Shown here: positions 9,001 through 18,400 of the stretch, one piece after another
Position numbering within the stretch: position 1 is the stretch's first letter
Layout: the number at the start of each line of letters is the position of its first letter
Assembly (NCBI GenBank): GCA_900128565.1
Contig: LT635957.1
Location: 1 to 32,840, forward strand
DNA length: 32,840 bases
Direction: 5' to 3'
DNA from: Stramenopiles sp. TOSAG23-6
Lineage: Eukaryota
Program-made: the position numbers and the translations under genes
Notes under the pieces: generated by a model
Told to the model about the DNA's origin: nothing
The model's input: the letters and a program-made list of their open reading frames with translations, nothing else
Databases searched by the model: none

Positions 9001-11281
9001 GAAAGCAAAGAACGGTGTTGCAGATTTCAGAGAATCGCATATGCATTTAAATATTATCGGGACGTATACTCTATTGGCAACAGTGTCACTAGGAGGGAAA
9101 GCATCCATAGAAGCAAAATCTTCGTCATTTAGTGTACTGGCAGGTGTTCTTTCATATCTAATATGGTCTCGTGAACCAGCAGGTTGTATTGGTGGAAAGT
9201 TTTGCTCTACTCAGCCTTCAGTTACTGCTGTGGATGCTGGTTATAATGTAATAACAGATGGCCCTCCATTGGAATTATCGCTTGAAGTGTTGGTAGGGCC
9301 TGGAGTGGTTAGTGCAAGTACTGCATTGACAGAACATGGTGTGGCGACTTGGGATGACCTATCACTTGATGTTGCAGGTACATATGTACTATCCGTATCA
9401 GCAACAGATAATAAGAAATTATCTGCAGCAAGTAAGGTAGTCAACGTACGTAATGGTAATCTCACAACAGTGAAATGGACTACAATACCTAGTGAATGCT
9501 TAGGAGGTAGTCCATGTAAAAAACAACCAGTGCTAACATTTACAGATTCTGCAGGCAATCAAGCATTTTTAGGAGATATGGGAGTAGATATTACCATAGA
9601 AATTAAAAATGGTCCACCAGATTCAACAATTAAATACAACACTGATTTAGATTTTAATGATGTAACAGCCGTAAAAGATCTAACATTAAATGTTGCTGGC
9701 GAGTACACGCTAGAGGCAACAGTATTTAGTCATTGGTCTGGGAAAAAACTTGTATCTTTGGACCCTGTAAACGTTACTGTTGGTGTTGGTCCTCCTGCTA
9801 CTGTTGAAGTGGTTGGAGAGATTTCAGGTTGTCGAGGTGGAGATAAGTGCGATAAATTACCAGATATTGTTTGTCGAGATCTCGGTGGAAATAAAGTATT
9901 GCCTGAAAATTTGCCAGACGATTTGAAGTTGGAAGCTAGTCTTGTTGTCGTCCAAGGACCATCAGGGGGTGTCATGCAAGAAATCAATGGAGATAAACCA
10001 TTCGATTTTAGCTGTCAAAAAGCGTTGCTTCGTCAAATCTATTTAGATTCCACCAGCGTTACAGATTCCACCACCGGAAAAGAAGGTGATACTGCTATAA
10101 CTATGCCAAAGGAGTGTCCAAATCCTGCAAATGAAAAGGTACCTGCAAGTACGATGTCTGCTGATGGCATGTCAAAAGTTCCAGAAAATCTAGGATTGAC
10201 GAGAGTTGGAAATTACACGATCAAACCTGTAGTCACACTTCTTGGTGTTGATAGTTTAGGACAAACAGATACACAAAAAGAGTCAGACGAAAAGAAGGAA
10301 GAGACAGGCGAGAAAGAACTTCAACCAGGCGATGATTCAAAAACCCCACCAAAGAATGGCCAAGGTGCTGATGATTCAGGATCATCACGTAGTCGGAAAT
10401 TAATATCTGTAGGTCAATCCATGACAATATCTGGTCCAGAGACACAAGTAACAGTTGAACAAGGTAATGCAAGTCAATTAATATGGGTAACAGAAGCAAA
10501 TAGCTGTGTTGAAGCAACTTCTTGTCAAATATTCCCGCTCATTGCCCTAGTTGATAGCGGTGCAAATTTGGTGAAATTAGGCAATGATGAAAAACCATTG
10601 CAAGTTGAACTGAAAATCATCTCCAGCCCAGAAGGTGGAGCTATTCATGGAATACGTGCACCACTTGAAGATGGCTTTGCTGTCTTTACAGGACTAATGT
10701 TTGATCTTACTGGGTCATATGTTTTACGAGCAGAAATAGTGGAAGAAATTGAAGGTGCTACAAATCCAGTCAAAGGACTTCCCCTTGATGCTGTTCAAGT
10801 AATACGTCGTATATGCCCTGCTAATTATTATGGAAAAAGTGGTAAATGTCTTAAATGTCCTAATGGTTTTGGAAGCCCAGAAGGAAGTACAGCTGTAGGC
10901 GAATGCATTCAAGTTGGGGATAAGAAGGACGAAATAAATGAAGATCACAAACTGAATACAAAAACTGAGACATCGACGAGTATATTGAGTATAATATTGC
11001 TCATTGCGCTTATCCTTTCATGGTGTTGCATTATGTTGTATTGTTGTTTGTTTTGTTGGAAAAGACGAAATACTTTGGCGTATGATGGAGCTGATCCTGA
11101 TTTGAAATGGTGGCAAAAGATTGCTGCAACACGTAAACGCAACGCTGATCTTGCTAAAAAAGGACGTTTTAACGATGCAGAATCCGCATGGAAAGAACCA
11201 GGCCAAGATCATCAAGGGGTAGATGTTGGTCCTGAAAAAGAAGGGGAGCATAAGACTTCAATTATAAGTGCAGTGATGTAG
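2..11281 (+). CDS. Giant type-I membrane/surface protein with tandem ~115-aa Ig-like beta-sandwich repeats, a Cys-rich ephrin-receptor-like (GCC2/GCC3) module, one TM helix and a short cytoplasmic tail; 5'-partial
   Basis: The frame is open from nt 2 (ADAGGNTIVG...), so the ATG at 371 is internal. I count 29 units after the N gap, consensus A..L.W...CxGGxxC..QP.V...D.GGN...NG.A.F..L.IDK.G.Y.L.A...V.VG. CPANYYGKSGKCLKCPNGFGSPEGSTAVGEC at ~10814-10906, hydrophobic ILSIILLIALILSWCCIMLYCCLFCW at ~10982-11059, TAG stop. Frame continuity across the 20-N gap is not guaranteed. Confidence 0.9.
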   Translation, partial: ADAGGNTIVGATDVITISIAPPNSSGAIITGDLTRAAVNGVADFSKNSSGIKINLAGSHILKASTASISGLSNTVVVAAGPAAILTLTQPEVEVFDAGGVNLCSHYNGSLGVTIVDPNTGITNMTIDIIGGRAIFTNLTLNQKGSYNLIAXXXXXXXTYPFGVEGARLETNVPLTVTVGDPADLVWTTSMSQCLGGIPCAIQPKITIVDAGNNTVDTNKAVAISLTFPESGVTLTGEETKIEAKNGIADFGAEDAQLTIDKTTVGLAEKHTLTASIVFESVTISKTSDVSVAIGPAAQLHWQTGASVCRGGELCDIQPQIHIQDLGGNVVNESSLIVITIVTGPVGGTLVNATTDATTVSGIANFAKLGMTTKGSYKLKATYKDTSIFKETTDDVVVIIGAPHSLEVTTPPSTSSFGGSPFDIQPAVKLIDKGLNICMGTEYTVIPVIDDMSASILPVGAINIKTTTGVAEWGGGTNLAINLKGTYSMKFRVNAVESSSSSITVSVGPPATFEYATVITQCKATEPCVKQAIIKVLDLGTNLVTDDSQMISKVKLSIVSGPVGGTLSGTDSITAVDGVATWPDVGGIKFDKVGEYVLKAEGTRADDTTFSITLSKIIVSHSSPASLVWTKELSNCTGGIACVERPSVTILDAGFNVCTSYVEKLVSIVDTSYLDGPLNDLLGVNARSVSTQAPVNGIANWSSPTNDIILNEAGDHKLVAVLIGTTVKSPTSTVIVSIGTPDNLDWDWNAPQNCKGGEPCDTARVLIKDKGGNTVTSATSKVTIVIDSPNNGSTLSGNIQVPAVSGIASFTDLTIDKAATNYILRASITDPTNIFSLSPQISVAIGAVSHLHWFTQPGSCLGGSPCSVQPLVQARDKGNNVVISYTGGPTVVVTKKSGTGSLTGTTTIAFINGVADFALLDIANRLTLDKIGSYRLNAKSSSSGSAHSANSGTFSVTAGQAHSLTWSKEIGTGQCKGGEKCETQPEITLLDEGGNVATGSTAIVTITINSSNPVSNGATLTGTSSKKVSGGTGKAIFTDLTIDKAPATYVLKASITTPTSIHALSSSFNVEVGAVSHLHWFTQPGSCLGGTPCSVQPLIQARDAGNNVVTAYTGGPTVVVTKKSGXGSLTGTTTIAFVNGVADFGQLDVGNRLKIDKIGSDYVLNAKSSDNLHTSDSSTISVNVGSATSLHASITISGCKGGSICIQQPVIEIQDAGGNTRTMDSSSSITISIFDPLAGQELFGASGLTFNAVKGVVTFKDIRMTKEGLYTLQFVQKNILDVPYIATVATLKLSTNVVIGPVASLEWTRPFKDCVGGTICVEQPIVTAKDLGNNIVTSLSKDITIRKTSGPSINAKLSGITTKVTTEKGVADFKDSGMKFDIIGTYEIEAVIIDLGIVSVKGSIEVTLGSRETISFTQNMSGCLGGEICSQMPIVTIYDAGGNVKADEVGEVIIQIKTGPVGGTLSMSGAGDFKATVKNGHASFTGLSIDLVGDYTLEASVDTHTAQSGVVAVSVGSVVGVKWDVQPSGCTGGSVCSTSPVVKVIDRGGNAIGSEHFAGKVLISKFVGPDSLQPPGVGLKDVKANGLVDYSSPHGIMMNVACSGDEKCYVLNAVAQLDGKSVGASAKSEAFAVTVGDPADLVWTTPISQCFGGSPCGTMPVIKIVDAGNNTVDTNLAVTISLTFPKNDVALSGAKTSIAAKNGIADFGAENAQLTIDKTTVGLAEKHTLTAKIVSKSETISKSSDVSVAIGPAAGFYWPASKQPSGCKGGESCNVSEVTLVDLGGNIAKGSTSTISITIDSSDPVSNGATLTGTTSKKVSTGTGKSSFTDLTIDKAPATYILQASITHPTNASIKSSTIAVTVGEVSDLAWLHYPNNAEGGTVFEHQPTLRVVDKGHNTVTTYSGAVYMRKKETTCVTSTLSGMFQISFVKGIADFSLLDKTKQLKMDKIGTNCQLKATTVDNLYTSDSSVFAVTVGPAARLSVSSAISGARGGEVFDNMPVIQIQDAGGNLCITNNDTTVSIDTVPTGSLLGTLEAKTINGIATFDKVKNALKILTKGVYNLEATAKGNEFFPRVRPNFTISHLHAPSPWTVNVQIGKVVSLQWARGFSSCSGGVPCIQMPIVSLHDMGGNIVLNDDTDMEVNIAIGDVSPNGSSAIAGTTLIQTNSGMADFTGKGLIFDKAGDYEVVATWADKASKGAIEESKGISTSISSPPLMVAVSVGASSHIEWTKLPGECEGGHACKVHAEIKIFDKGGNVVLSEDGNEVSITIHHSSLNKSQSGQILTGTSDKVVAVFKDGKAQFPNLIIDKVDTYILTASTSGIAPVQSSVITVKVGDVENVQWANDLTGCIGAEVCNQAILYATDRGGNIVPTFTENIKFQLKDELGATLKTLEGKSWALGHVCSPHCEKSFVKGIATLNDVAIDRVGTYVIVASIPSVLDDEGNPIQQQSGSITVASGHPFQLFWSQRLSGCRGGEQCDIMPFIEIQDKGRNRVEAETSKVTLQLLTYPDAAKDLDSNKRLVGDFLQKNAVNGIADFSTAKIKLPIVGDYNIEASVGGKMGKISSAIQFTVSVGFPVEVRWTLNPNECVSMLPCKIHPKITLYDLGGNIAIPATEADSRNVSISIVSAPKTRKGKAASLFGTTSSKALNGVADFASNVDKLTMDATGKYKLKASFISKGGNIEYSATSAEFSVAVGAESSLEWVSTFTGCVGGSQCNTYGSVEVLDAGGNLVTESSTSITVAIDSPTDNDSTLKGTVTKSLSKTGIAHFDDLVIDKAHSKYILRASTPAPLSLAVNSSSFAVVVGPPHVLVWQKKISGCFGGTSCKVQPIVVVEDKGGNTVVPAYGGEITLKMEAGPSGITSPGGHVSAAGSLRGDLVRSCSSGSSNWGDTDVSKPLVFDTSGIYSVSACVALYDDTNKNSSNKVVLPCVNESVDVLIGEASQLEWTANAEGCHGGQKCYQNPVVSILDAGSNVVTTSFSHVVLSISEGPANGEVSAGVMKAKNGVADFRESHMHLNIIGTYTLLATVSLGGKASIEAKSSSFSVLAGVLSYLIWSREPAGCIGGKFCSTQPSVTAVDAGYNVITDGPPLELSLEVLVGPGVVSASTALTEHGVATWDDLSLDVAGTYVLSVSATDNKKLSAASKVVNVRNGNLTTVKWTTIPSECLGGSPCKKQPVLTFTDSAGNQAFLGDMGVDITIEIKNGPPDSTIKYNTDLDFNDVTAVKDLTLNVAGEYTLEATVFSHWSGKKLVSLDPVNVTVGVGPPATVEVVGEISGCRGGDKCDKLPDIVCRDLGGNKVLPENLPDDLKLEASLVVVQGPSGGVMQEINGDKPFDFSCQKALLRQIYLDSTSVTDSTTGKEGDTAITMPKECPNPANEKVPASTMSADGMSKVPENLGLTRVGNYTIKPVVTLLGVDSLGQTDTQKESDEKKEETGEKELQPGDDSKTPPKNGQGADDSGSSRSRKLISVGQSMTISGPETQVTVEQGNASQLIWVTEANSCVEATSCQIFPLIALVDSGANLVKLGNDEKPLQVELKIISSPEGGAIHGIRAPLEDGFAVFTGLMFDLTGSYVLRAEIVEEIEGATNPVKGLPLDAVQVIRRICPANYYGKSGKCLKCPNGFGSPEGSTAVGECIQVGDKKDEINEDHKLNTKTETSTSILSIILLIALILSWCCIMLYCCLFCWKRRNTLAYDGADPDLKWWQKIAATRKRNADLAKKGRFNDAESAWKEPGQDHQGVDVGPEKEGEHKTSIISAVM
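452..471. other. Assembly gap (20 N)
   Basis: Run of N inside the repeat gene. A single N also lies at 3376. Confidence 0.99.
527..888 (+). repeat. Internal duplication A, copy 1 (362 bp; copy 2 at 4895-5256)
   Basis: Highly similar DNA of equal length, from gttacagttggtgatcctgc to gtggcaataggacccgc. Confidence 0.95.
2532..2748 (+). repeat. Internal duplication B, copy 1 (217 bp; copy 2 at 3213-3429)
   Basis: Highly similar DNA from ttggtgcagtttc(g/a)cacttgcattgg to ggtgtggctgattt. Confidence 0.95.
3012..3144 (+). repeat. Internal duplication C, copy 1 (133 bp; copy 2 at 5385-5517)
   Basis: Shared caataactatt...atccagtaagtaatggtgc...aaagcacctgctacgta. Confidence 0.85.
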
Positions 11282-11516
11282 AGAATTTATATCATTATTA
11301 AAAGTATTTTCTTTAATCTATTTGTCTTTTGAATCATATTTTGGGTCATATAAAAGTAATGATATAATGAAATATTCAAATTATTTGTCACATCTGCATC
11401 TCTACGGCTTTGCCCTCTTCAAAGGCTTAAAAAATACTTTAGTATTATCATTTTATAATTTTATGTCCGATTTGTAATGAAGATTTCATAGATAAAATAA
11501 ATTTGAATTTCGATAG

Positions 11517-11533
11517 AAACCCTAACCCTAAAA
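11517..11533 (+). promoter_or_regulatory. Telo-box-like motif AAACCCTAACCCTAAAA upstream of the LYR-PB1 gene
   Basis: Two CCCTAA units about 110 bp upstream of ATG 11643. The same 14-mer occurs reverse-complemented at ~30075-30088. A regulatory role is only inferred. Confidence 0.3.
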
Positions 11534-11642
11534 GAGTTCTGTTCGGAACTTCGCGGATCGCTCCCAGGTATTCCAACACCACCGTGGACTGAATTTTATT
11601 CAGTTCAAATCTCCTAGTGGGTAATTCCAATTGCATTACACA

Positions 11643-12359
11643 ATGGTTTTGGGTGTACCAGTTGCCAATGGTGCTTCAAAAATCACTAGAGAATCTGTAC
11701 TCAGTTTATACCGCAAATGTTTGCGCACAGCGATGCGTTGTTGTCCTACAAATGAAAAGAGAATGGAAATGACTTTCTATGCGAGGCTGAAATTTAGGCA
11801 GAACTCTTCTCTTGTTGATAAAAATCGAATTAGATTAGCATATACAGACGGGTTGGAGCAAGTACAGAGTACTATCGCTTACCATATAGCATATTCTACG
11901 AGTAGAAACCAATTGGAAGAATTACCACGATCTGAATTTGGGAGGATAATACCAAATGAAGAAGGGTTGAAACCTTCTTTGAAAAGTGAAACTGCGGTTG
12001 CCAATAATACAGATAGTATTGAAACACATCAGAAAATTAAATTGGTGATGGGCCAACATAAACGTAGAATCTCTTCACACTCTCCGGTTGGTTTATTTCA
12101 ATTAAGAAAACTAATACAGAATACCTTCTGCGATGAGCTAAAGCAGTTACCTCCTTCACCTTCCACAGATTGTCCAGCAGCTAACTACACAATAGAATAT
12201 ACTGACGACGACGGTGATATGATACAAATAACTAATGATGAAGAACTGGTTGAAGCAATCCAAATAATGGAAAGTATGGGTACGTCCGTCGCGAAATTTG
12301 AAGTTCAACTTCAAACACCAGTTGATGATTCAGATGACTACAATAAACCTAATAAATAA
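11643..12359 (+). CDS. Complex1_LYR-motif protein fused to a C-terminal PB1 domain
   Basis: VLSLYRKCLRTA...ARLKFRQN...RIRLAYTDG is the LYR pattern. KIKL...KRR...IEYTDDDGDMIQITNDEELVEAI is PB1 with an acidic OPCA motif. First ATG is at 11643; the ORF-track start at 11631 is TTG. Confidence 0.85.
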   Translation: MVLGVPVANGASKITRESVLSLYRKCLRTAMRCCPTNEKRMEMTFYARLKFRQNSSLVDKNRIRLAYTDGLEQVQSTIAYHIAYSTSRNQLEELPRSEFGRIIPNEEGLKPSLKSETAVANNTDSIETHQKIKLVMGQHKRRISSHSPVGLFQLRKLIQNTFCDELKQLPPSPSTDCPAANYTIEYTDDDGDMIQITNDEELVEAIQIMESMGTSVAKFEVQLQTPVDDSDDYNKPNK

Positions 12360-12420
12360 ACCAGCACCAAACATATGCTATATGTTATTAGTTTTATAAA
12401 TAATATGAAAATGACTTTTT

Positions 12421-15400
12421 TTAACAATCCTCCAGGAACAAAGCTACTCCCGCCAAAATCCACTTTTCACGCTGTCCTTTTATCGGCAAACCTAGTTCAG
12501 TGAGAAGCCGTTCTCTTGAAGTGTTATAATACAAAGGTGCGTGTAAAGTGTTTTCTGATCCATAAGGTTCTACAGTATCATTAGGTACAAAGCCAATGTA
12601 ACAAGTTGGAGCCGACATTAGTTCTAAATCATTCACATTTGCTTCTTCTAATACTTTATCTGTAAAAACAGCTCCTTGTAGGAGAAGTCCTTCAACACAT
12701 ACTTTCAAAGAACCCTTCACAAGGGATCTATCCCAAGCTGAAATAAGTTTGAGATCATCCAATGGACACTTTGTCACGCGTGAAGTCTCTTGTCGAAGTG
12801 CATTTAAAAATGTTCCAGGGTGTAACAAGTCGGCAAGATTCAACGGTGAATCTAAAAGTGATTTTGAATTTATCAACTCACGCCAGTGATGTACGGCTTC
12901 ACACTTTGCTGCTACAGCAGACATGTACACTTGAGGAGTTTCTGGACCTTCCCATTTTCTATCCCATCTTACTGGAACAATACTGTTCATAAGACACCGG
13001 GCTGTATTTGCAATTGCGGGTGTCAGTAAAGCATTTCCATGTAAAACTTGTTTTACTGCTTTTAAGTCCCCGTCAACAATGTGCATTAAAGATGAAGCCC
13101 CTGCCAGCTCCATTTGAACAAACTGCGACACAGGACTTTCTGGATCAAATGCACCCCCTTCAAAACTTTTACTCTTTCCTTCAAAATTATTTTTCCCTTC
13201 ATCCTTTCCTTCGCGTGACTTACCCTCATTATATCGCGGGGATATAAGTGAACCATTGGCTTTAGAATTTTTCAGTGTCTTTTCCCATGTATCAATCACA
13301 GGACCCAGCTGAGCTCGCCACACATCCTGATTAAAAGCCGAATGCTCCCCGGATGATCTTTTCAATCTTTTCAAATCTTTTATTATTCTCGTACTATTTG
13401 CACGTTGTGCAGATCTTTCAATATTTGCTGGTAGTCCAAATAAGGAAGGAGCATCAGAATCAGGAAGTCTTCCAATAAAAGAGAAATATTCGCCATGGTT
13501 TGAAGATTTTGGAATGCTTAGTCCAATAGATGGAATCTCTATATTTCCAGATAACATGGCATCACTAAAGTAAAATGAAAGATATGCTTTCAAAACTCTC
13601 ATATCAAATATATTGGATACACGGCCACCATATAATGCATTCTCCATCATACCATGTACAGTGTTCCATAGTCCATGCACTGCTCCTCCATGCTTTGACT
13701 CTCTGCCTCCACCACTTGTATCAGAGCTTTTTAATGCAGATTCAATCACATTTGTAGCAGCGCGTAAATCTCCTAGAGAAAATTCATAGAATTCTGACCA
13801 TCCTTGCGGAATATAATTACGCCTCTCTTGAACTATTGCATGAATAAATGCTAAAAGGAACATTACCTGTGATCGTTTTCCAGAGCCTGCAGATACAAAC
13901 TCTTCATTCCAGGAATCATAAGTACGCTGTAGATTTTTCTTGACTCCTGGTGGTGCTTCAACTGTACATTTCAATGCTTGTTGTACTAAAATAGTAGGAA
14001 ATTTATCGTGACTCTCTGCAGTGAGCCACAGACGAAAATTTTTATGAGAATGAAGTGAATTTAATGTCTTTTCCAAGACTGGTAACCAAGCAATGACTAA
14101 ATGTAAATTTTTCAGGCAAAGCCATGTACCTCTCTCCGCGCATCGCTGTAATAATCTAATCGCTTTATCCTGTGTTCCACCACCCATTGCCATTTCAAAG
14201 TAGTTATCTTCTCCGACAGTCTGAGCAGCATAATCTTGAAGGTCTTTACATGGGTCAACTCCAGTAGTGACAATAAACAAAATCGGAGTTTCGCAACTTG
14301 ACTCTTCCTGGTGCAATCGCGATACATTTGTTGGTGTTGGAGATATGCTTGATAAGCCAAGCAACTCGCATGCAAAAACATCCATGGCTGACTGGAGTCT
14401 ATCAGGTCGAAGGACTTGAACTGTTAACAATCTTTGAAAAGCAGAAAGCTTTTGAGCCATTTTCTTTGGAAAATTTCTTTCGCATGTTGCAGATCTAGAC
14501 CACTTTGACCACATATCTGAATCAAGCAACTCCAATCGTGATACTAGTTCTGGAAATGTGTCTGAAAATAATCTAAATGTGGATGCGCGTTCGCGAGGTG
14601 CCCACGAAGGAAATCCTTTTGGTTCTCCCCTTGCTCTTAAGTCTGGTGCAAGGTAGCCTCCAAAAAACTCCCATTCATTCTCTTCAAATTCATTGGGATA
14701 CATACCATGTACGAGATGTATCGCCCACATCTGTCTATCTGCTTTAAACAAGGATCTGCCAACATAAAAAAGTGTTCTTTGAATTAGCAGTGGTGTTAAA
14801 ACCTTTAATCGTTCGTGAATAGTTTCATAAGTTACCTTCGTATCTAATGTTGCATTGAACAATCCAAGATAAGATTGAAGTGAAAACTGGTACATGTGAT
14901 TGATATTTTGTAATTGCTTGACTAAGAAAAAGAGTTGCGCTCCATCCCTTGCAAAGTCCAAATATACATCCCGTTGGGAATCTAATTCTTCTGAAGCTTT
15001 GGTTGATTCTTCTAATGCAATCATGATTTCTTTTGATTTAATCTTTGTTTGTGTCAAAGAATCAATTAAATCTTGATTTTCAAGGAGATTTCCAGATGAT
15101 TCAGCTAAAGTTTTCAAAAGATCCTTTTCTAAGCTTGCTAACTGAACTTTGAAACTTTCTTCTCTTTGTAACATGTCACTCTTTTGTTTCTCTAATTCAG
15201 GTTTTTCGTGTTGAATTGTCGCACCCAATAACTGGCCTTCTAAACCACTTTTTGTTACAGTAAAATTCACAACTGTAATAAGGGATGCAGCATCAGGTGG
15301 TATGCTCGGGTTGGGATTTCTTGTAACCATATACATTACAAACTTTTCATTGAAATCGATCGTCTTTTCACCAATCTGTACAACCAACCGACTTCCTTGT

Positions 15401-18400
15401 CGAGAAAAGTCGCGGCGTACTAAAGGATACAGCATAGGTTCGACACCATCTACTTCCATTAGCATTAACGTTTTTCCAAATCGCACAGCTAACTCCACTT
15501 GGTTTGCAAATCGAGGATCTTGGGACGGTAAGCATTCTACGGTAACACCACTTTTTTGTAAATGTCCTTTCAACCAAGATGTTGCAGCAGAAGACGGGTC
15601 AATAATGAAAGGTGTCCTCTTAGAATTCAAGATAACTATACTATTTTCCATTGTTAGATTGTCAGATGGCAAACCTGCTGCTTTCCAGGTTAATTGCTCA
15701 CTTTCAGATGATAAAACAGAGCGAAAATCAAATGAATCCAAACCTGTGATTTTCGTCCATACCCTAGTAGCTTGTCTACGAATATTTTCATCGCTTTTTG
15801 CTAGATATGTGACAAAGCCTGCAGCTAAAAGAATGCGATATGGCAAATCTTGTACCTCAGAACGAAGTTGTTTCACTGTACTCTCCCACCGAGATTGTTC
15901 ACCACTTAATTTTCCTAATAGAGTTTCTGCTTTTTCAAGTACAATTTCAGTTTTTTCTAAACTTGAGCGAGTTTGTTCAGCTTCGCGTGTCTTTTGTGCA
16001 AACTCTTTCTTTAGTCGATTTACTTTATTTTGTATTGTCTTCAGCTCCTTGGCATTACTTTTTAACTTCTCGGATGCATATTTTAATTCGGAATTAGCTT
16101 TGTCAAGCTCTTCTTGCAGAGGCATAACAGTTTCTAAAACTACAGAATATTCAATGTTTGCCTTGACCCATTCTGCAAGAGGTGCAGCAGCTATAGATAC
16201 ACGACGAATCGCTTTCTTTTCAAATGAATTCGGATTCTTCTTCATCGTTTTACCAACTAATTTTCTCATCTCTCTTGTGATTCTCGCAGTATCAAAATTT
16301 AAAATGTCGTCCTTTACTCCACGTTTTCCTAGGAAGTTCCTCATCGATAACCAAGAAGTATCATTAATTCCAAGCAAAGTCAACACCGCAGATAAAACAT
16401 GTCTAATAGGATCTGGTGGTGTCTTTAAAGAACGAATTTCATCAAGATTCTCGCTCTTAATCTGACCAACGGCTTTTTTAGCAGCATCGAGTACAGGTTG
16501 AATCCCACTGAGCTCTTCTTCGATAAGACCTTTACGTTTATCTGTTTTGCTCTTTGCCGCAGATAGAACTGTTTGCAACTCAGTAACTTCACTCTTTCTT
16601 TCAGATGCAAGTTCTAATGCCTCAGTTATCTTTACCATTGCAGCATCGGCCTCCTGTTGTTTTTCCGCTAATGTAGCTCTCTGCTGAACAGCATTCTTTG
16701 AAAGTTCATCAACTGTCATCGATGCTTCCTGAAGTTTTGCAAGTCCTCCCTCCATTCGATTTGCATTGCTCAAAATATCAACTTTCATATTTTCATATAG
16801 TATAAGATACGTTTCGAGAAAACTCATGAAATCACGGGGGGTTGCTGTGTCCGTTTTCCTTCTAAAAAATGCATTTTCACTATCTTCATCGTCCCCGCAT
16901 AAAAGGCAACTTTTATGTATATCAACCATACTCTGAACTAAAGTATCGCTATCTGCTACTTCTTCGAGGAAATCAGGCATTAACAGTTTTGGTACTACAA
17001 GCATTGAGGAATACTCCCATTCACCAAACCATTGTATTGAGCATCTCGTAAACAAAGCTGGATTACTCATGCACCTCTGTCGAAATTCAGGTGAAATGTG
17101 GTCCATACCCAGGGCTATATGTACGTTGTCACGACATCTTTGTACAAAATAATCAAAAGCTGTTTTATACACCATATCTAGACCTCGTTCGTTCATTTCC
17201 TCTTTTAATGGGGAAAGTAACTGCTCTAATTCTTCATGTGTATATAAACCTGAGATTTCTCCAGCAGATAATAAAGAATTCACTGACTGTAAAATATAGT
17301 CACCGATGAAGTGATAATCTTCTAAATAGAACACAACTGGTCGACCTTCAATCCCACCTTCAAATAAAACATTTTTTAAATCAACATGAAATGATTTTTG
17401 AGAATATCTCCTAGTTATAAATGGTGTAATGAAACGAATATCCTGCATAAATGCACATAGTTGTACAGTAGTTTTCCTACCACACCCGCTACGACCAACA
17501 AGGAGAAGAGAACCTCCTGGTCTAGACAAAACCCGATCTACTCGAGAAATATGTTCCAACACTTCAGTGAATAGTAATAATGTTAAATCTTTTTCCTCGC
17601 GCTCATATAACAACTTACCTCGCTTCACAACATCAATAAAATCAGATTCACTCACTCGTATAAGTTTCCGAAAAGATTGTTCGGTCATATCACTTTCTTT
17701 GTTTTCGTCTCCACTTAGGACTTCACCATTATCTTTGCCTTCAGATGCATGCTTTCCTTCTATTCCATTCGAAGAAGAATCTTTCACTAAAGTACTAAAG
17801 AAAATATTTTCTAGATCAATTCTATGGGACCAATCTTTTCTAAACAATGCGCTTAATATGGTGTCAAACTTCTTTTCACTAGACGAATCAACTAAACGGT
17901 CCTTCATTAGACGCCTTGCCTCGTATATCACAACATCGAGAAGTGATTCGATACTTAAGTCATAATGACCAAGGCCTAGAACCCAATTTGTAAGATCTCT
18001 TGGTGTGAGTAGATAATGTCGGTGCTCATCTACAGTGAACTTTGCTCGAATTTGCTCATAAAATTTTACCATTGTACTTGCCAATTTCTCGATATTTTTG
18101 ACTTGTTTGAACGCTTTATCAGCATCTCTTAAGGCAACACCGGAAAGAGCAGCACGTAAGTATATAGTATAAATGTAAGACAATTCGTCCGGGGTTGGTT
18201 CCTCCATGTAGGCTATATTTACAATGGCCGTGAAACGTGATGATAGCTGGTGTCTACCCAAAGTTGTGGCTGGATTAATAGAACATACTACGACTACACG
18301 ATCTAGACCAAGAAATTCCAAATCGTCGTCGTAAAAACCTTGAAAAGTACAAAGCTGTTGTAAAAACGCGACGAGCATACTTGTATTATACTTATCAGGT

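Noticed and set aside
475-11251. Many short ORFs overlapping the giant repeat gene
   Set aside because: Antisense or alternative-frame shadows; their duplication simply mirrors the gene's repeats.
15302-16465. 387-aa plus-strand ORF and other ORFs inside dynein
   Set aside because: Antisense shadows of the dynein CDS with no recognisable motifs.
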